Numbered from the stretch's first letter, positions 1 to 9,583 are shown. The stretch: DNA of 23,852 nucleotides from Candidatus Helarchaeota ASGARD archaeon Hel_GB_B (GCA_005191425.1 SUPR01000054.1:1-23852); one strand, 5' to 3'. Notes: generated from the letters alone by a model not told the origin. Numbers and translations: made by a program.

Positions 1-140
1 CATTAAAAGAATTAGAGGTAGATTTATAAAGTAATGATTAAAAATTAAGTCGAAAAAAAATTCAAATTTGGTAAAACTCCCAAATTTTATATAAATTTAT
101 AAATTATTTCAAAAATTAATTAATTGGTATTATATCTGAG

Positions 141-515
141 TTGAGAGAATTGCCATTTGATTTTAAAAAAATTGAAGAAATGTTAAGGGATTTGGGTTCT
201 AATACTCTTGGAATCCAAGCAACATCTTTAGTATCTGATTTGGGACTACCTATCGTATCGGCTTTACCTTTCGATGCTGATGAAGAAATTATTGCTGCGA
301 TGGCTGCTGCAATTCATAATGTATCAGCCCGATCTGTTCGTGAATTGAAAAGGGGGAGCTTAAAACAAGTTTCTATTGAAGGTGAGAATGGGTATATCAT
401 CCTAAAAGGAGCAGGAAATTTTGTTTTGACAGTTTTAGCAGACAAATCTGCAAATCTTGGTATGATTTTTTTAGTAATGAATAAGGTCTCAAAAGCGATT
501 AAAGATTTACAATAG
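141..515 (+). CDS. Roadblock/LC7 (MglB-like) domain protein
   Basis: 124-aa ORF with a TTG start. It shows the roadblock pattern: N-terminal helix, 'IQATSLVSDLGLPIVS', 'IAAMAAAIHNVSARSVRELKRGSLKQVSIEGENGYII', 'VLTVLADKSANLGMIFLVM'. Confidence 0.9.
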   Translation: MRELPFDFKKIEEMLRDLGSNTLGIQATSLVSDLGLPIVSALPFDADEEIIAAMAAAIHNVSARSVRELKRGSLKQVSIEGENGYIILKGAGNFVLTVLADKSANLGMIFLVMNKVSKAIKDLQ

Positions 516-528
516 GTTATATTAATTA

Positions 529-1110
529 TTACAATATTTCTTTTATTATTTCTCTTATTTTATCTTGAACGGTTTCAATGTTTCTATCTGAATTTATAAT
601 TTTATAATTAAATTTTCGAGCATATTTCAAATATATTTTTCTGACTTTCTTTAAAAACACTAAATTTTCAAATTTGTCTTCTTTATTTTGTTTTCTTTTT
701 AAAGCATCTTCAGCTGGCAGATCAAGTATAATTGTAAGATTTGGTTGAATGAAGTATTGATTTAATTTTAAAATCCATTTTAATTTTAATCCTTGAGATA
801 CTTGATATGCAATAGATGATTCGATATATCTGTCTGATATAACGACCATTCCTTTATTTAAAGCTGGTAATATAGTTTTTTCAACATGTTCAGCCCTATC
901 AGCAGCAAACAATAATGCATCTGTTTTAATATCTGAACTATCATCTTTTAAATATTCTCTTAATAATTTCCCAATTTTTCCTTCGCTTGGTTCTTTTGTT
1001 AATACTACACCATATCTATAATTTTCCTTTATCCAATCATATATTAATTTACAATGTGTAGTACTTCCGCACCCGTCTATTCCACCAATTACTATAAAAA
1101 TACCTGACAT
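529..1110 (-). CDS. tmk: Thymidylate (dTMP) kinase family protein with an atypical P-loop
   Basis: Tmk motifs TKEP, LLFAADRAEH, VISDRYIESSIAYQ and PNLTIILDL are present; the P-loop reads GGIDGCGSTT. Start placed at ATG 1110 (MSGIFIV, 193 aa) rather than the ORF-track start at 1131. Confidence 0.88.
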   Translation of the reverse strand: MSGIFIVIGGIDGCGSTTHCKLIYDWIKENYRYGVVLTKEPSEGKIGKLLREYLKDDSSDIKTDALLFAADRAEHVEKTILPALNKGMVVISDRYIESSIAYQVSQGLKLKWILKLNQYFIQPNLTIILDLPAEDALKRKQNKEDKFENLVFLKKVRKIYLKYARKFNYKIINSDRNIETVQDKIREIIKEIL

Positions 1111-1202
1111 ATATTTCACTATTTTAATCAAAAAATTATAATTGAATTTAAATAATCTATAAAGTATTAATATTAAAAAACTGATAAACTAGATTAGATT
1201 TA

Positions 1203-1210
1203 TTTATAAT
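1203..1210 (+). promoter_or_regulatory. Possible TATA box for the transglutaminase-like/DUF4350/MoxR operon
   Basis: TTTATAAT lies about 30 nt upstream of ATG 1240 in a divergent intergenic region. Support is weak because the background is very AT-rich. Confidence 0.3.
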
Positions 1211-1239
1211 CCTTATAATATTCATTATTCTCCTTCATT

Positions 1240-4200
1240 ATGACTACAAAGGTATTAAATATGGCAGAATCTAATTCCGGAATTCATATAGGTAAAGGTA
1301 CCATAATATTAATTTTATTATTAACATCTTTTTCTATAATGGCTGCAATGCCAGCCACTTTTTATCTAAATTTAGGTGATACTGCACAAAATTTAATTAA
1401 TAGTGATATGTTAGAGCAATTTATGGAATATTTAGATAGACTTCCTTTTTTTAATTTTAATGGAAATCTATCAGATTTTTTAAATAATTTTGATTTTCCT
1501 ACTGATTCTCCCATTAATCCTGGAAATTACAATATTCCTCCTGGATGGGATATTCCTGATTTTGATTGGGGCGAGCTGCCAGAGGGCTGGCAAGGAGAAC
1601 TACCTGAAGATTTACCTGAAGACCTCCCTGACGGATACCAAATCCCTGATGGCTGGCTCCCTGATGGAGTAGACCCTGGCGATTATCCTGGTCTAATGGG
1701 TCTAGGGCTAAGCCCATTTGGTACACCTTATATTAAAGTTTGGGTTAATTCTTCACTTCCAAATAGATATTGGAGATTAAGGACATATGATACTTTTAAT
1801 TCAACTAATTGGGTTCAGAGTAATAAAACTACATCCCCTTATGATTATACCACAAAAAGTCCGATCCCAAGCAGTCAGAAATATCTTGTTTGGATGAATA
1901 TTACATACCAAAAAAATGGATCTGGCTCTCTTCCAATCCCCCATTTATGGCCTTCGGGTGAAGTTATTTCCAATTTAACTGTTTATTCTCCTGCAGATGT
2001 AAAATGGAATTTATTAAAAGACCCAAGCGGAGCAGTAATATGGAATGCATCTATTTCTAATGCATCGTCAAGCGAATTCATTGTTAGTTTGGTTTATAAT
2101 GTTACTTACGATGATTCTGTATCTCCAGCATCTATCTATTCTCATATGACATCTCAAATTGTCGATGGTACACCTTTCGATCCTCCTGGTAATATAAAAT
2201 ATCGTCAATTACCAAATTTACCACCCGATGTCGTAGCTGATATGGAAAAAGTTAAGAATATGGTCTTTTCTAAAAGCCTTAATGTTTATAACGCGTCTCT
2301 TGCAGTTCTGGAATATTTCAAAACTCATTATTCTTGGATAGCTTCTGATGATAGTGGGTCTCAATTTAATGCCTCAAGATTAGTCCGAAATGGAAATGGG
2401 ACGAATTCTGATTTTGCATCAAATTTTGCGTTGTATTTAAGATACCTAAATATTTCTACAAGGCTTGTCTGGGGCGGTATAGGGTATTTTAAAGATACTC
2501 AATCTCCAACTTCTAATGACATGTATAGTTTATCTCCTATTTTTTATACTGAAGTTTGGATACCTAACAGCACAAATACTGGTGGACATTGGCTTCAAAT
2601 GGACCCCACACCCTTCCCAAATCGTACTTACGGGATGACTGGCCCTGGTTCTTACAGTTTAATTTATCCACGTATATTAGATGATCGAATAGTGTCTCAT
2701 CATTATGACTTATTAGTATTATCTAATCCTTCTGATTATCATAACCCATTAAATCATCTAAATCGTTATATTGACTCCTTCAGTTTAAATGCAACCTTAT
2801 ACAGAGATGGTATCCCAATATCTCAAACATTACTTGGTGAACTTGTTAATTTTACCTTTTATGATGAAACTGATGACAAAATTTTAGGCTATAATTGGTC
2901 AATCCACGCTACTTGGACTGGGACATTTGATAATGATTCAATCGTAGGATCACATAAAATACATACATTCTTTTATGCATTAGATAATAGGTCAATATTC
3001 ATTCTTAATGGTACTACTTTTATCGATAAAGATTCGTTTAGTAATCCCAGTCCAATTTATATAAAACGCGGTATAGAAAATTCATTTCTATTTTATGCCA
3101 ATTTATCCGACCCTGTCAGTCACAGACCAATTTCTTCTGAAATATTATCTGCTAATATTAGCTCTCAACAATTGATTAATAATACTCCTTGCAAAACAGA
3201 CCAAACTGGTCTAGCTATTATGAATTTATCAGTACCTTCTACAATTTCTACTGGTATCCATAATATGACTGTCTTATTTAATGGGATATTCACAATAGAA
3301 AATGATTTTCCAAATTTACCTCCCAATTATGTCATTGTCCTAGGAGCTTACAGTATTAGTTCAAATCATACCATAATTGTTAAGGCAGATATCAACATCT
3401 CTTTATACAAAAATACTGAATTCTCCAATAACATAATTGTCAGGAACAATAATCTTACTCTATGTGGAAGGGTCATTTTCGATAACGGTACTGCAATTTC
3501 AAATGCCCCTGTTGATATACATTGGCAGAATTCTTCAGGTGAATATATTTTCGGAACCTTTTATACTAATTCAACTGGATGGTATAGCCATACTTTATTT
3601 ATTTCATCATATTATACTTCACCTGTAAATGTCTGGGCAAATACTACATTAATTTACGGGAATAAAACAACTTCAATTAAAAATTATCTAATTCATTGTC
3701 AAGATTCCACACAAATTCATCTTTATCCTCCATCTACTGGAAGTTTTGTTGTAAGAAATGTAGATTCTGTTTTTATTAAAGGTTATCTTATTGATCCACT
3801 AGGGATTGCTAGTACTGCGAATCAAAAAATCAATCTAATTGATAATATCACAGGCCAAATTATTACCCAAACCCAACCTATAATTACTGATGCAAATGGA
3901 AATTTTAGTGCTAATATTCAAATTCCTATTGATGTTCCAGTAGGATATCATACTATATTTGCAAATTTTAATGGTACATGGAACGCTGAAAATACTTTGA
4001 TAAATATTCCATCCAGTGGATCAAATAGCTCCGAATATGGAATAACTGTTGTCGCTAAATCTTTATTAGTAAAGAATTTAATTCAATATTCAATTGGAAG
4101 AAATTTATATCCAAGTGGTTTTATTCCAATTGGTGAAAATTTAAATATTTATGGCAACTTGGTATTAGATAACCACACTGTTTTATCTGGAAAAACTGTT

Positions 4201-5778
4201 AATGCATGGGAAACTTTTACGAATGGGACTACTATATTTCTTGGGAGTGATATCACAAATGGGAGTGGTTTTTACAATATTTCTTATCTAGTCCCCTCAT
4301 CTCACCCAACTGGAAGTTCCATTATTTTTGTAAATTATTCAGCTGGAAATGTTTTCTCGACATATATGACTAATGCATCAGCTAGTAATGATCCTGAATT
4401 CGGATATTTGTGTGACCTTGTTATTAATTCAGTTACACCAAATGAAGCTCTTAGAGGCCAAGATTTCATTACTGTGCAAGGCACTTTAAACGAAATTTAT
4501 TATGGGACTAATATGGCTGGACAAAAATTATACATCACGTTCAATTCTTCAGAAGTTTATGATAAAAATTCTCAAAAGGTAATGGTCGAGGTTGATGGTA
4601 CAAACTCATTTTCAGCAACATTTATTACTTCTAATAAAATTAGTGAAGCAAATTATACTGTAAATGCAACTCCTGTAAGTAGTACGATACATTACAATAA
4701 GACTATCACATCTAATATCATACTTAATGCATCAAGTATAGTTTCTAAAGTTAATGTCCTTCAAACTCCTATTGCTGGAGAATCTCTAAATATTACTGGA
4801 AAATTAATGTATGAAAATGGTAGTGATTTAGCCGGACAAATTATTATTTATCCTGAAAGTAATTCATCTAAGAATATTACTTTATCAGTTTATGGTGATT
4901 ATAATTTATCTTTACCAATTGATTCATCTTTTGCTAATAAATCCGATAATTTAATTGTAGAATTTAAAGGTGCCCCTTATATCAGACCATCTAGTTCTTC
5001 GACGCCTATTTATATTGGTAATTCTCCAACCCTTACCATCGATGCTCCAATGACTGCTTATCAAAACTTTAACTTTAATATTTATGGCAAAGTTTTACAA
5101 AATGGTCATCCATACTTTAATCGTAAAATATTAATTTCTATCTTGAATTCATCAAATCACAATAACATATATAACCATTATGTCACTACTGATAGTAATG
5201 GTAATTTTATACTTACCATCAATCTTCCTCAAACAGGAAATTTTACCATTATTGCTAATCTAAGTAGCAATGTTGGTAGTTTTGCATCCAACCAAATCTC
5301 AATTCAAATAATTCAAGCCCCAAACATTTTTCAAATGTTATGGGTTCTCTGGATAATAATCCCGCTTATTGTGGGCATAATACTCGGTTATCTTGGTGTT
5401 AAAATGGCTGTAAGAAAACGTGAAAAGAAAAAGAAACAAAAAAGGATCGAAAAAATCGACCCAAACAAAATTAAAAATAATCTTAAGGCTTTATGCGATG
5501 GCGACCGATATAAAGAAGCCATAATTTATGCGTATATTTCTTTTCTAAATGTTATTGATATATATAAAGGAAAAAAACGTAGACCATCTCAATCTATTAG
5601 AGAATTTGCTATGGAATTAGTAAAGAATATGAAATTACCGCCAAAAAATGTATATTCTTTTACTTCACTCTATGAAGAGGCTCGCTTCAGTAATCATGAT
5701 ATTGATAAAAATAAATTTGAAGAGGCTAAATTGTTATTTGATGCATTGGTCTCTCCAATTATTAAAAAAACTATTTAA
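1240..5778 (+). CDS. Large membrane-anchored surface protein: transglutaminase-like domain, Ig-like beta-sandwich stalk, C-terminal TM helix and DUF4129-like cytoplasmic domain
   Basis: N-terminal hydrophobic segment. 'RYWRLRTYDTFNSTNW' precedes a TGase-like core (GNGTNSDFAS..LRYLNISTRLVWG..YTEVW..GHWLQMDPTP). Five T[DN]xxG motifs, dozens of NxS/T sequons, a TM segment 'MLWVLWIIIPLIVGIILGYLGV', then a basic stretch and a DUF4129-like tail (SQSIREFA..FTSLYEEARFS). Alternative start ATG 1261. Confidence 0.8.
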   Translation: MTTKVLNMAESNSGIHIGKGTIILILLLTSFSIMAAMPATFYLNLGDTAQNLINSDMLEQFMEYLDRLPFFNFNGNLSDFLNNFDFPTDSPINPGNYNIPPGWDIPDFDWGELPEGWQGELPEDLPEDLPDGYQIPDGWLPDGVDPGDYPGLMGLGLSPFGTPYIKVWVNSSLPNRYWRLRTYDTFNSTNWVQSNKTTSPYDYTTKSPIPSSQKYLVWMNITYQKNGSGSLPIPHLWPSGEVISNLTVYSPADVKWNLLKDPSGAVIWNASISNASSSEFIVSLVYNVTYDDSVSPASIYSHMTSQIVDGTPFDPPGNIKYRQLPNLPPDVVADMEKVKNMVFSKSLNVYNASLAVLEYFKTHYSWIASDDSGSQFNASRLVRNGNGTNSDFASNFALYLRYLNISTRLVWGGIGYFKDTQSPTSNDMYSLSPIFYTEVWIPNSTNTGGHWLQMDPTPFPNRTYGMTGPGSYSLIYPRILDDRIVSHHYDLLVLSNPSDYHNPLNHLNRYIDSFSLNATLYRDGIPISQTLLGELVNFTFYDETDDKILGYNWSIHATWTGTFDNDSIVGSHKIHTFFYALDNRSIFILNGTTFIDKDSFSNPSPIYIKRGIENSFLFYANLSDPVSHRPISSEILSANISSQQLINNTPCKTDQTGLAIMNLSVPSTISTGIHNMTVLFNGIFTIENDFPNLPPNYVIVLGAYSISSNHTIIVKADINISLYKNTEFSNNIIVRNNNLTLCGRVIFDNGTAISNAPVDIHWQNSSGEYIFGTFYTNSTGWYSHTLFISSYYTSPVNVWANTTLIYGNKTTSIKNYLIHCQDSTQIHLYPPSTGSFVVRNVDSVFIKGYLIDPLGIASTANQKINLIDNITGQIITQTQPIITDANGNFSANIQIPIDVPVGYHTIFANFNGTWNAENTLINIPSSGSNSSEYGITVVAKSLLVKNLIQYSIGRNLYPSGFIPIGENLNIYGNLVLDNHTVLSGKTVNAWETFTNGTTIFLGSDITNGSGFYNISYLVPSSHPTGSSIIFVNYSAGNVFSTYMTNASASNDPEFGYLCDLVINSVTPNEALRGQDFITVQGTLNEIYYGTNMAGQKLYITFNSSEVYDKNSQKVMVEVDGTNSFSATFITSNKISEANYTVNATPVSSTIHYNKTITSNIILNASSIVSKVNVLQTPIAGESLNITGKLMYENGSDLAGQIIIYPESNSSKNITLSVYGDYNLSLPIDSSFANKSDNLIVEFKGAPYIRPSSSSTPIYIGNSPTLTIDAPMTAYQNFNFNIYGKVLQNGHPYFNRKILISILNSSNHNNIYNHYVTTDSNGNFILTINLPQTGNFTIIANLSSNVGSFASNQISIQIIQAPNIFQMLWVLWIIIPLIVGIILGYLGVKMAVRKREKKKKQKRIEKIDPNKIKNNLKALCDGDRYKEAIIYAYISFLNVIDIYKGKKRRPSQSIREFAMELVKNMKLPPKNVYSFTSLYEEARFSNHDIDKNKFEEAKLLFDALVSPIIKKTI
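1534..1692 (+). repeat. Intragenic low-complexity peptide repeat ([ILV]P[DE][GD][WYL]-like units)
   Basis: Encodes IPPGWDIPDFDWGELPEGWQGELPEDLPEDLPDGYQIPDGWLPDGVDPGDYPG. CCTGA recurs in the DNA and the segment is visibly more GC-rich than the rest of the gene. Confidence 0.75.
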
Positions 5779-5814
5779 TTTTAGTTTAATATTTAAAAGA
5801 ATTTTGGTGTAAAG

Positions 5815-7419
5815 TTGTCGAAATCGCAATCTAAAAATCGAGCTAAAATTGCATCTAAAAAAATATTTTATCCAGCAAATAAAAATAATGAAGGAGTGCA
5901 GACTAAAAAAGAAAAAAAAGAAACATCTAAACCATTAGTTATACTTGGATTAATTATTTTTATCGCTGGAATTATTGCAGCATTTATATTTTATGGGTCT
6001 ATGTGGTATTCATTCATTGCAATATTAATTATTTTTCTAGGGGTTTACATTGTTTATAAAGGTCTCACTAAAACGCCATCTCCAGCTAGTAAGGAACATC
6101 GTCAGATTGTCATTCTTTTTATTATTTTTGGAATATTTTTTGCTCCTATTTTTTTCTCATTAATTCAAATGGATCAAGTATTAGCTCAACCATATTCTAC
6201 TACTAATATTTATGGAACAGGTTGCTCTAATTTTAGAACGATGCTCCAATCTCAAGGATATGAAACTAAATCTTTGCTATCTTCATATAGTGAACTACAA
6301 AGAATTTCTAATTATCATTCAATTAATAATACTCTATTAATTATTTTAGGTCCTAAGAAATTAATTGGTCTTTTTGAAGTAGTTTCCCTTTTGGATTTTT
6401 TGACAAAGGGTGGGAGTATTTTTATAGCATGTGACCTTGGTACAGCTAATGAAATTGCTTTATTCCAACCTTTTGCAGCAATTTTTGGTGGTGGTGGATT
6501 TAGTTTTATTGAATTTGAAAATGGTTATTTATATAAAGAATCTTCGGGATATAATTTTGATGTATCTACAAGCGTTGGTGTAATTCGAATATATCGCGGT
6601 TCTTGTATTCAATCTTCGCTAGGCGGAGGTGGGACTGCTTATTTAAATGCAGTTACTCCCTCTGATACTTGGGTGGATAAAAATTTTAATGGCGTATTTG
6701 ACCCTGATTCCGAAGAAAAAGGGTCATACTCTCTTGCTTATAAATCTTCTAACATTATTTATTTTAGTGATGTAGAGTTATTTACTAATCAACATTTAGA
6801 TGCTTCTGGTTATAGTCATAGGGCTTTTGCTATGAAGATTATTAATGACATCACTCATGGAAATACTAACTACCTTATTCTTTTTGATGAGAGCCACCAA
6901 GTGAAAAATGGTCTTCACCCTTCTTTTCTTTTCGGCTTCATTCTCGGTAATGTCAACTTTTTTCAATTCTATTGGGCACTTGTCCCTGTAGGTATTTATC
7001 TTGTTTATAAGATTATCAATAAATTTATTCCAAATTATGCAAAAAAGAAAAAAAAAGAACTAAAAAAAGAAATGAAAATTAAACATAAAGCTGAGAAAAA
7101 AGAAAAAATTGGGTCTGTTTATATTACTAAATTGAATTGGTACAAACGGTTAGGTCGTTATCGTGATGCTACTATTCTTTTATATAACCGGTTGAAGAGG
7201 ACACTTGTCAAAAAATTAAAATTTAACTCATGGGATCTTGATAATGTGATTGAAGCTATAATTAACTCCCATTTTGAGGAAGAGAATTTTGATGATAAAA
7301 GATTAATTAAAGATTTTGATGAATTAGAAAAAATTGCTAATAAACAAATTAATGTTTCCTCTGAAGAAGATTTCCTTAACAAATTTCTTGAAATGAAATG
7401 GATTTCTGATCAATTATAA
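5815..7419 (+). CDS. DUF4350-like multi-pass membrane protein (MoxR-operon associated)
   Basis: TTG start with GGTG at 5806-5809. Three N-terminal TM segments, then DUF4350-type motifs (YSTTNIYGTGCSNF, LIILGP, FLTKGGSIFIACDLG, IIYFSDVELFTN, ILFDESH), a late TM segment and a Lys-rich cytoplasmic tail. Lies directly upstream of moxR. Confidence 0.75.
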   Translation: MSKSQSKNRAKIASKKIFYPANKNNEGVQTKKEKKETSKPLVILGLIIFIAGIIAAFIFYGSMWYSFIAILIIFLGVYIVYKGLTKTPSPASKEHRQIVILFIIFGIFFAPIFFSLIQMDQVLAQPYSTTNIYGTGCSNFRTMLQSQGYETKSLLSSYSELQRISNYHSINNTLLIILGPKKLIGLFEVVSLLDFLTKGGSIFIACDLGTANEIALFQPFAAIFGGGGFSFIEFENGYLYKESSGYNFDVSTSVGVIRIYRGSCIQSSLGGGGTAYLNAVTPSDTWVDKNFNGVFDPDSEEKGSYSLAYKSSNIIYFSDVELFTNQHLDASGYSHRAFAMKIINDITHGNTNYLILFDESHQVKNGLHPSFLFGFILGNVNFFQFYWALVPVGIYLVYKIINKFIPNYAKKKKKELKKEMKIKHKAEKKEKIGSVYITKLNWYKRLGRYRDATILLYNRLKRTLVKKLKFNSWDLDNVIEAIINSHFEEENFDDKRLIKDFDELEKIANKQINVSSEEDFLNKFLEMKWISDQL

Positions 7420-7438
7420 ATTAAGAAGATGGTTTAAA

Positions 7439-8392
7439 ATGGAAAATAATGAAATGGACGTAAGTCAAATTAAAGAAATAACACAAAAAATTTTAACCGA
7501 AATTAGAAAAGTAGTTATTGGTAAAGGTGAAGTCTTACAGAATATCTTAATTGCACTTCTCTGTAATGGCCATATACTTCTTGAAGGTGTACCTGGTGTT
7601 GCCAAAACTTTTATGGCTAAATCATTCGCTAAAGTTTTAGGATGTTCCTTTAAACGAATTCAATTTACCCCTGATATGCTTCCCGCAGATGTTACGGGGA
7701 CTAATATTCTCGACCAAAAAACTAACGAATTCGTCTTTAAGAAAGGACCAATTTTTGCCAATATTGTACTTGCCGATGAAATCAATAGGGCACCTCCTAA
7801 AACTCAAGCTGCTTTATTAGAATGTATGGAAGAAAAACAAGTTACTATTGAAAATAAAACTTACAAATTACCGCCACCATTTATTGTAATTGCTACTGAA
7901 AATCCCGTTGAACAAGAAGGAACTTATCCCCTTCCAGAAGCTCAATTAGATCGGTTCTTATTCAAACTTATTGTTGGATATCCTACAGAAAAAGAAGAAG
8001 TCGAAATTATGATCACTAAAGATAAACCTCAAGGAAGAGAATTACATGCTATGACTAACCAAGAAGAGATTGTAGCTATGCAGGAAACTGTCAAAAAAAT
8101 TTACATCGACCGCGATTTGATGAAGTATATCAGAGATATTACTATTAGAACTAGAAAAGACCCACAAATCTTACTTGGCGGATCACCTCGCGCATCCCTA
8201 GTATTAATGAACGGTGCTAAAGCTCGTGCTGCAATCCTTGGACGCGATTATGTTATTCCTGATGATATTATTGCTCTAGTACAACATTCACTTTATCACC
8301 GTCTTATACTCAAACCTGAAGCTGAACTTGGTGGTACTAATGTTACTCAAATCATTAAAAAAATGAAAAATGAAATAACTGTCCCAGTTTAA
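7439..8392 (+). CDS. moxR: MoxR-family AAA+ ATPase
   Basis: Walker A GVPGVAKT, 'RIQFTPDMLPADVTG', Walker B 'VLADEINRAPPKTQAALLE', 'IATENPVEQEGTYPLPEAQLDRF', 'GGSPRA', 'GRDYVIPDD'. Confidence 0.95.
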   Translation: MENNEMDVSQIKEITQKILTEIRKVVIGKGEVLQNILIALLCNGHILLEGVPGVAKTFMAKSFAKVLGCSFKRIQFTPDMLPADVTGTNILDQKTNEFVFKKGPIFANIVLADEINRAPPKTQAALLECMEEKQVTIENKTYKLPPPFIVIATENPVEQEGTYPLPEAQLDRFLFKLIVGYPTEKEEVEIMITKDKPQGRELHAMTNQEEIVAMQETVKKIYIDRDLMKYIRDITIRTRKDPQILLGGSPRASLVLMNGAKARAAILGRDYVIPDDIIALVQHSLYHRLILKPEAELGGTNVTQIIKKMKNEITVPV

Positions 8393-8480
8393 ATTTGCTT
8401 TTATATTCTTGATTTTAATTTTTGTTCTTTTTGTCTTTTTATTTTTCTATACTCCTTTTTTAATTCCAATTTAATTTTTC
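8393..8480 (+). terminator. Possible U-rich archaeal terminator after moxR
   Basis: Multiple oligo-T runs (e.g. TTTTTGTTCTTTTTGTCTTTTTATTTTT) directly follow the moxR stop codon. Confidence 0.4.
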
Positions 8481-8544
8481 TCAGTAAATTTATATATTTA
8501 TTATTTTATTTCTTCCTTACATTAATTTATTTGTGGTGAGCCTC

Positions 8545-9516
8545 TTGATAAGTGTTAATAAAGGCGCTTTTAAAATAATCGATGAGTTAATTAACGACAA
8601 TGATCTTATTAATAAACTTAATATTGATATAATTAAAGCTGGTAAATCTACTATTATTGATATGGGCGTTAAAGCTGAAGGTGGTTATCTTGCAGGGTTA
8701 AAACTGGGTGAAATCTGCCTTGGCGGATTCGCTACTGTCACTTTTGATTCTATTAATGTCAATAACGTCCTTATGCCTGCATTGACTGTTACTACTGATA
8801 TTCCTCATATTGCATGTCTCGGCTCTCAATTTGCTGGGTGGCGTATCAACCGTAAAGAAGAAAAATTTTTCGGAATGGGCTCTGGCCCAGCTCGAGCTCT
8901 TTCACTTAAGGAAAAAGAATTATTTGAAACTCTTGAATATAAAGATTCTTCAGATGTAGCTGTAATTGTTCTAGAAACAGATAAAATCCCTAATGAAAAT
9001 GTAATGAAATATATCGCTGATAATTGCAATACTTCACCTGAAAATACTTATGCATGTGTAGCAAAAACTTCTAGTATTGCTGGTACTGTCCAAATCGCAG
9101 CTCGAATCGTTGAAACTGGTATTCATAAATTACATGAACTTGGTTTCGATCCTAAAAAAATTAAATTTGGTTTTGGAACTACCCCTATTGCACCTATTGG
9201 TAAAAATGACATGAAATCTATGGGTATGACTAATGATGCTATAATTATGTGTGGTAGCGTTTTTCTCAATATTATTAGCAATGAAGACGATGACATCGCT
9301 TCTTTAACTCAAAAAGTTCCATCTAGTACCTCCCGTGATTATGGTAAACCATTCTTTAATATTTTTAAAGATGCAGAATGGGATTTCTACAAAATTGATC
9401 CACACCTTTTTGCTCCTGCCACTATTACCATTAATGACATGCGAACTGGTAAAACATATCAAAATGGAAAACTTGACCCTGACCTCCTCCTAAAATCTTT
9501 TGGCATTATAAAATAG
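8545..9516 (+). CDS. mch: Methenyltetrahydromethanopterin cyclohydrolase
   Basis: Mch motifs ACLGSQFAGW, GMGSGPARAL, LETDKIP, SIAGTVQIAARIVETGIHKL, TNDA, YGKPF, FYKIDPHLFAPA. Start placed at TTG 8545 (MISVN), preceded by the SD-like GGTGAG at 8535-8540; the ORF track gives GTG 8533. Confidence 0.95.
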   Translation: MISVNKGAFKIIDELINDNDLINKLNIDIIKAGKSTIIDMGVKAEGGYLAGLKLGEICLGGFATVTFDSINVNNVLMPALTVTTDIPHIACLGSQFAGWRINRKEEKFFGMGSGPARALSLKEKELFETLEYKDSSDVAVIVLETDKIPNENVMKYIADNCNTSPENTYACVAKTSSIAGTVQIAARIVETGIHKLHELGFDPKKIKFGFGTTPIAPIGKNDMKSMGMTNDAIIMCGSVFLNIISNEDDDIASLTQKVPSSTSRDYGKPFFNIFKDAEWDFYKIDPHLFAPATITINDMRTGKTYQNGKLDPDLLLKSFGIIK

Positions 9517-9583
9517 ATTACTGATTAATACTCTTTTCTATATTTTACTATTTTTTTACAAAAATTTTAATAAAATGACTGAA

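Noticed and set aside
1-40. Possible 3' end of an upstream gene (..LKELEVDL-stop or ..IKRIRGRFIK-stop)
   Set aside because: Too short to choose a frame or assign a product.
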